A DNA stretch of 64,000 nucleotides from NCBI GenBank assembly GCA_038230375.1, contig JBBRNJ010000016.1, positions 59,175 to 123,174 on the forward strand, in the 5' to 3' direction. Both the position numbers and the translations under genes were made by a program. This DNA is from Polyangiales bacterium (GTDB lineage Bacteria > Myxococcota_A > Polyangia > Polyangiales > Polyangiaceae). Positions 59,217 through 64,000 of this stretch are shown here, one piece after another. How positions within the stretch are numbered: the stretch's first letter is position 1; every line of letters starts with the position of its first letter. The notes under the pieces were generated by a model. That model did no database searches and was not told the origin of the DNA. It saw only the letters and a list, made by a program, of their open reading frames with translations.

Positions 59217-59377
59217 GAGCCTGGTGTCAGAGCCTACGAAGCCCGCGCATCTTTCTCCCCTGGCTGCCAAATTCTCTGCGGGACGGCGCCGTACGACACT
59301 CGCGGCGGACATTTCCGCGGTGGCTGTCCGGCGCGACTTCGCGTGGCGTATCGCGCAGTTGCTGGTAGAGACTCGCC

Positions 59378-60649
59378 ATGGCGAAGCTCGGCCAGGTGTG
59401 GCTCCAGACCGTCGCGCGTGGAGCGATTGCGTGCGCGTGCGGTGCGTCCGCGACCGCGCTGCTTTCGGTGATGTCGGCGTGCGGAAGCGATGCCGCGTCG
59501 GGCCCTGCGGACCACGGGCCGGCCGGCACCCCTGATGCGGTCACGTGGGTCTCGCCCAGCCCCGACTCCACGATCAACGTCGACGAGGTGGTGGAGCTCT
59601 CAGTGAAGGTGAACGCTCCGGACGCGAAGCTCGTTCGCTTCACCCTGGACGACAAGCCGCTAGACACATGCGACACGACCGCTGGCCCCGACGAGTGCAT
59701 GAAGGACGGCCTCTTCAAGACCACGACCGCCTTCCACCTCGCGGGCGCCCACACGCTCGGCGCAACCGCGCCGTCGTCGACGGGCGACCACACGGCAACG
59801 CTCACCATCGACGTGCACACTCTCACCGCCATGGACGCGGGCGCGTTCGATGCGGGCAAGGTCGACGCTGGCGGAGACGGCGGGACGGCGCTCTTCCGCG
59901 GCTTCCTCGATCCCGACAAACCGCTCCACAACGTGTTCGGCGGCATCTCGTGGTCCGTGTCGGGTCAGAAGGTGAACGTTGCAAGCCCACCGCCCACCGA
60001 TCCTGCGGCAGTGGCCACGTGCATGAAGACGTACGGCGCGTCGATCATCAAGCACGCCGATGCGAACAACGTCTCGCGCGCGAGCGTCGTTGCCACCGCG
60101 CTCACGGAGTCCTCGTGCACGAACCCAGCGGGCTCGAGCGATGGGCTTTCCTCGGGGCCGATGCAGGTGACCGGCTCCACGTGCGCGGCCGTGGCGGGCG
60201 GCGGTATCAGCAGTGCGGCCTGCAAGACGAAGATGCACGTAACGCCCGACTTCTCGTTCGAGATCGGTGCAAAGTACATGGGTTCGAGCTACCAGGTCAG
60301 CCAGCACAATCACGACCCGCCGAAGTACGGCGCGGCCTATAACGCCGGCTCCGTGCGCTCCTCCACCGCCAACCGCTGGCACATGCTGGTGACCGGCAAC
60401 CACATCGAGCGCTGGGTCGGCGCGTACAATGCGTACCGCGAGTGGGAGAAGCTGAACGGCGTCGCGCTCGTCGCGCTCGAGAGCGCGATCGCAGGGCGTC
60501 CCACCTCGCGCTTCGAGGGCGAGCACGTGCGCGCGCCCGCCGACCTCCCATCGGACGCACCCGAGGGACAGGTCTACTTCGTCGGCGACTGGTCGCGGCG
60601 CGACGGCAGCTTCGTCCGCTTCGAACGCGGACAGTGGCACGCGGACTGA
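59378..60649 (+). CDS. Lytic transglycosylase (SLT/GH23-like) lipoprotein with Ig-like domain
   Basis: MSAC lipobox; ALTESS, GPMQV, GAKYM and AAYNAG match SLT motifs. Confidence 0.8.
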   Translation: MAKLGQVWLQTVARGAIACACGASATALLSVMSACGSDAASGPADHGPAGTPDAVTWVSPSPDSTINVDEVVELSVKVNAPDAKLVRFTLDDKPLDTCDTTAGPDECMKDGLFKTTTAFHLAGAHTLGATAPSSTGDHTATLTIDVHTLTAMDAGAFDAGKVDAGGDGGTALFRGFLDPDKPLHNVFGGISWSVSGQKVNVASPPPTDPAAVATCMKTYGASIIKHADANNVSRASVVATALTESSCTNPAGSSDGLSSGPMQVTGSTCAAVAGGGISSAACKTKMHVTPDFSFEIGAKYMGSSYQVSQHNHDPPKYGAAYNAGSVRSSTANRWHMLVTGNHIERWVGAYNAYREWEKLNGVALVALESAIAGRPTSRFEGEHVRAPADLPSDAPEGQVYFVGDWSRRDGSFVRFERGQWHAD

Positions 60650-60682
60650 GATCGTCCGCGCGCCGTCGCCGTCTGCGTTCCT

Positions 60683-61090
60683 TCAGTCGCCGCCTGCGTC
60701 CGCGGGCGGAGCAATGTCGCAGGTCTTGCCCGCGCTCATGTCCAGCTTCGTGGAGTCGACGCACGCGTAGCCGTCGCGCGGGCAATCGGTCTTGCCGGTG
60801 CAGGTCTTGTAACACTTGTTCTCGTCCGTACAGGTGCTGCCCATGGGGCACTCGCTCTGCGCGTGGCAGACCTTGAGGCATTGTCCGCCGGGGTCGCCGG
60901 TGGAGCAGTACAGCCCGGACTGGCAGTCCAGGTCCTTGGTGCACGCGGCGCTTACCTCGCCTGTGCCGCCTCCCGCGTCTGCTCCGCCTCCGCCTCCGCC
61001 ATCGGTCGAGCTCGTTGTGGTGCTGGAGCTGGAGCAAGCACTGAGTGCGGCGAACGCCGCGATGAAGATGAAGTCGTATCTGGTGAACAT
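60683..61090 (-). CDS. Small Cys-rich lipoprotein, paralog of 26801-27190
   Basis: GGAGG RBS; LSAC lipobox; DCQSGLYCSTGDPGGQCLKVC...CYKTCT...DCPRDGYAC. Confidence 0.75.
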   Translation of the reverse strand: MFTRYDFIFIAAFAALSACSSSSTTTSSTDGGGGGGADAGGGTGEVSAACTKDLDCQSGLYCSTGDPGGQCLKVCHAQSECPMGSTCTDENKCYKTCTGKTDCPRDGYACVDSTKLDMSAGKTCDIAPPADAGGD

Positions 61091-61243
61091 GAAATCCTCC
61101 GGTTGCAAGAGCGCGCACCCTACGCTCTCCATGCGCATCGGCCCGGGCCATGCGGGCAACCAATTCGTTCCAACGGGGAAACGATTCACCCGTTTGCGCG
61201 CACTCGCGGGAAAGGCGCTTGCTGGCCGTGCTAGGATTTCGAC

Positions 61244-62065
61244 GTGATCGTGAAGCTCACGCGGAGGCGATTCGCCGCCGGTGCCCTGGGCCTGCTGTCG
61301 CTCGGCGGATCGCCCGCCGTGGTGCCATCGTCGTCGTTGATCGTGCGTGTCGTCACGCTTGCGGGGCGGCGCGTGCTGCTCGCCACGCCCGCTGTGATGC
61401 CCGAGAAGTTGCGCGTCTTCGTGCTGCTGCATGGTCTGGGCGAAGCGCACACGCCGGAGGTCGGAGCGCGCGCGTGGGCCGATCGCTACGGGCTGCTCGA
61501 TGCGGACGCGCACCTTCGTCACCCGCCCGTCGCGGCCAGCACCAGCGGGTTTCTTCCTGCCACCGAGGCGAACCGCATCAACGCGGACCTGGCCGCTGCG
61601 CCGTTCGCTGAGCTCGCGTACGCATGTCCGCACATGCCGGTGCCCGTCACGCCTGCGTACGCGCAGTGGCTCGCCTATACGTTCATGCCCGCGCTGAGAG
61701 CGGAGCTCCCCGCGTTCACGGGCGACCCCGTGCTCGGCGGATGTTCGCTCGGCGGATACGCGAGCATCAACACGGCCACGGCCTACCCGGCCACGTTTCC
61801 GTTGCTTGCGTGCACCCAGGCGGCGATCTCCGTCGCCGACGCACCACGGATCGCGACCGACCTCCAGACCGCTGGCGTGCGAAAGATGTATTTTGCAACC
61901 AGTTCGGCGGACCCGTATCACGACGCGAACGTCGCGCTCGGACGCCACCTCGGCAAGCTTGGCGCAGACGTCACGGCACGCTCGTTCCCCGGCCCACACG
62001 ACCAGCCGTGGCTACGCGATGCGGGCGCGATCGACCTCGTGCACTGGGCGTCTCGCACGTCCTGA
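61244..62065 (+). CDS. Alpha/beta hydrolase (esterase-like) with Tat-type signal
   Basis: TRRRF, LLHGLGE, GCSLGG nucleophile elbow, ADPY and PGPHD. Confidence 0.75.
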   Translation: MIVKLTRRRFAAGALGLLSLGGSPAVVPSSSLIVRVVTLAGRRVLLATPAVMPEKLRVFVLLHGLGEAHTPEVGARAWADRYGLLDADAHLRHPPVAASTSGFLPATEANRINADLAAAPFAELAYACPHMPVPVTPAYAQWLAYTFMPALRAELPAFTGDPVLGGCSLGGYASINTATAYPATFPLLACTQAAISVADAPRIATDLQTAGVRKMYFATSSADPYHDANVALGRHLGKLGADVTARSFPGPHDQPWLRDAGAIDLVHWASRTS

Positions 62066-62079
62066 GGCAGAAGCGCAGC

Positions 62080-62420
62080 ATGTCCAGATCTGCAATCGCT
62101 CTCCCAGGTGGTCCTGGCGCGCCGCCGAGCCGCACAAGGGCCCGCCCCACTGGAGCTACGAGCCGTCCGAGAGCTGGGCCGAGCTCGCGCCCGAGTTCGC
62201 GACCTGCATTTCGTCCACAAGAACGAGAAGGGTGAGCTCGGCGTCCTGGGGTTCGCTCACGACGCCGCCGTGCTCGGAGGAGGTCTCGTGGTTCGTGCTG
62301 GCGGAGCCCCTGGAGATCTCGGATGCGCAGCTCGCGAAGCTCACCGCGGCGATAGGCGGAAGGAACGCCAGGCCCGTGCAACCAACGAACGGCCGAGTCG
62401 TCCGCGCGTTCCGGCAGTAG
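62080..62420 (+). pseudogene. Alpha-carbonic anhydrase remnant with internal deletions
   Basis: HWSY...WAELAPEFATC, then in another frame LHFVHKNEKGELGVLG, then GSLTTPPCSE...NARPVQPTNGR. Confidence 0.85.
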
Positions 62421-62448
62421 CCACGCGCGCTCTTGTGTGGGCTACACC

Positions 62449-63099
62449 CTAGAGCGCGTGCTCCTTGCGCAGACGCGCGGCGAGCTTCAACACGTCGCTG
62501 CCAAACGCATCATTCTTTCCGAAGTCGGCCGCGCGCTCGGCGAGCGTTGTACGAATCGATCCCTCAGCCGCTGCGAGCCTCTGCTTCGCGAGCGTCTTCT
62601 TGCCCATGTCGACGGCCAGCGCGGCTGGCGTGAGCATGTTCGGTGCCCACAGGAGACTCCGGTCGTCGTGGTCGAGCGCTGCCGAGAGCTTCTTCGGATC
62701 GCTCGTCAGGTCGAGCCACGGGAAGACGCGTTGATCCAGCGCGGACACAACCAACGAGCCCACGCGCGCCTCCTCACCCGGCATCACGGGCCACCATGGG
62801 TCGTTCCCACGGGTACGAGGGCCCACGCGCGTTCGGATGGTGCAATCGTACTCGCGCGGGTTGGCGATCGCGCGCTCGTGCAGCAGCGACACCAGGCGCG
62901 GCAGGTATGTACCGACTTCGAGCACCAGCAGAGCTTCGCCCGGATGGGCACCGCGCTGCATCTTCACCTCGACGACCTGGATGACGTTGCCACCAGCGGC
63001 GCGCCGAAAGACCAGCCCCTTCCGCACGAACATGCTCTTCCTGAGAAGCGCGCTCACGCCCGAAGAGACCACGGCCGCCACGAGCTTGGCTCCAGACAT
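62449..63099 (-). CDS. DUF4304-like hypothetical protein
   Basis: L....F.RKG..FRR...VIQVVEV pattern and a PWLD helix. Confidence 0.6.
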   Translation of the reverse strand: MSGAKLVAAVVSSGVSALLRKSMFVRKGLVFRRAAGGNVIQVVEVKMQRGAHPGEALLVLEVGTYLPRLVSLLHERAIANPREYDCTIRTRVGPRTRGNDPWWPVMPGEEARVGSLVVSALDQRVFPWLDLTSDPKKLSAALDHDDRSLLWAPNMLTPAALAVDMGKKTLAKQRLAAAEGSIRTTLAERAADFGKNDAFGSDVLKLAARLRKEHAL

Positions 63100-63185
63100 G
63101 TCTCCAGCTTAGCGGTGTTGGCGGGTGCGAATCGAGGGATATTCCCGGACGATCAACGCGCTCTGGAAAAAAGCGACGCCAAAAC

Positions 63186-63219
63186 TTGGCCCGCTGCTTA
63201 TCGAACCGTTACACCCGAT
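63186..63219 (+). promoter_or_regulatory. TTGGCCCGC-N16-ACACCCGAT motif upstream of ftsZ (putative promoter)
   Basis: TTGGCC-18bp-TACACC; shared with the ftsA upstream region. Confidence 0.55.
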
Positions 63220-63349
63220 GAAACCTGAATGAATCGCGCGGTGACTGCTCGGGAGAGGCGCCCGAGAACTGCGCGAGGAGACACGGCGCGCGTGCTTCTA
63301 CACGCGTAACGAGGAGACCATGGGGTCTCCGGCCTGGGAGACACACATC

Positions 63350-64000
63350 ATGAGCTTTTCGATCGAGTTCGCGGACGAGAACCAAGAGTACCAGGCGCGC
63401 ATCAAGGTGATCGGCTGCGGCGGGTCCGGTGGCAACGCCGTCAACACGATGATCAGCTTCGGCCTCGAAGGCGTGGAGTTCATCGTCGTGAACACCGACG
63501 TCCAGGCGCTCAACGCGAACGCGGCTCCCACGAAGCTGACCATCGGTCAGAACGTGACGCGCGGCCTTGGCGCAGGTGCGGACCCCGAGCGCGGTCGCAA
63601 GGCGGCCCTCGAGGACGTGCAGCGGATCAAGGAGCTCATCTCCGGCGCGGACATGGTCTTCGTCACCGCGGGCATGGGCGGCGGCACCGGCACAGGCGCA
63701 GCGCCGATCATCGCGCAGATCGCCCGTGAAGAAGGCGCTCTCTGCGTGGGCGTCGTCACGAAGCCCTTCCTCTTCGAAGGCCGTCAGCGCGCACGCCGCG
63801 CCGACATCGGCCTCGCGCAGCTCAGTGAGCACGTCGACACGCTCATCACGATCCCGAACCAGAAGCTCCTCATGCTCGGCGACGAGGACCTCACGTTCAT
63901 CGAGGCCTGCCGCAAGGCCGACGAGGTCCTCTTCCAGGCCGTGAAGGGCATCAGCGACCTCATCACGCAGAACGGCATGGTCAACGTCGACTTCGCCGAC
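63350..64000 (+). CDS. ftsZ: Cell division protein FtsZ, 3'-truncated by the window edge
   Basis: Translated by hand: [32 protein letters not shown]...NTDVQAL...GLGAGADP...[13 protein letters not shown]...PFLFEG...NVDFAD. Confidence 0.97.
   Translation, partial: MSFSIEFADENQEYQARIKVIGCGGSGGNAVNTMISFGLEGVEFIVVNTDVQALNANAAPTKLTIGQNVTRGLGAGADPERGRKAALEDVQRIKELISGADMVFVTAGMGGGTGTGAAPIIAQIAREEGALCVGVVTKPFLFEGRQRARRADIGLAQLSEHVDTLITIPNQKLLMLGDEDLTFIEACRKADEVLFQAVKGISDLITQNGMVNVDFAD

Noticed and set aside
61091..61999. Long upstream extension of the Cys-rich lipoprotein ORF
   Set aside because: It is antisense to the hydrolase; the RBS and signal peptide place the start at 61090.
31426..63349. Prophage, integron or IS origin of the dcw insertions
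   Set aside because: No integrase, transposase, phage gene, attC-like repeat or terminal inverted repeat was recognised by eye.
1..64000. tRNA, rRNA or known riboswitch
   Set aside because: None recognised; intergenic gaps are short. An Infernal/Rfam scan would be needed to exclude small RNAs.

Overview
High-GC, myxobacterial-looking (Polyangiaceae-like, inferred from gene content and the many DAG/DGG-rich Cys lipoproteins) chromosomal window. The first ~27 kb is mixed metabolic and accessory DNA: a cobalamin-binding mutase subunit, RCC1 and MYXO-CTERM-type surface proteins, an RtcR-like (CARF-type) sigma54 activator facing an unknown gene, tandem GT-C glycosyltransferases, an S1 protease, an acyl-CoA dehydrogenase, a BON/hemerythrin stress locus with back-to-back sigma54 promoters, a Ser/Thr kinase, a PQQ-type dehydrogenase-cytochrome, malic enzyme, GST and a diguanylate cyclase. 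From 27.5 kb to the end lies the division/cell-wall (dcw) cluster mraZ-rsmH-ftsL-ftsI-murE-murF-mraY-murD-ftsW-murG-murC-ftsQ-ftsA-ftsZ in canonical order, split at five points by ~20 kb of unrelated genes. Best candidates for undescribed systems: (i) the RtcR-like activator with a sigma54 promoter and three GGTYY-N5-GAACC sites, apparently controlling an uncharacterised protein instead of RtcB; (ii) a 71-aa lipopeptide ending GGAPSGW paired with a ferritin-like diiron enzyme; (iii) a DUF3570-type outer-membrane barrel coupled to c-type heme lipoproteins. No rRNA, tRNA, CRISPR array or transposase was recognised. All family assignments come from motif recognition by eye, not from database searches.
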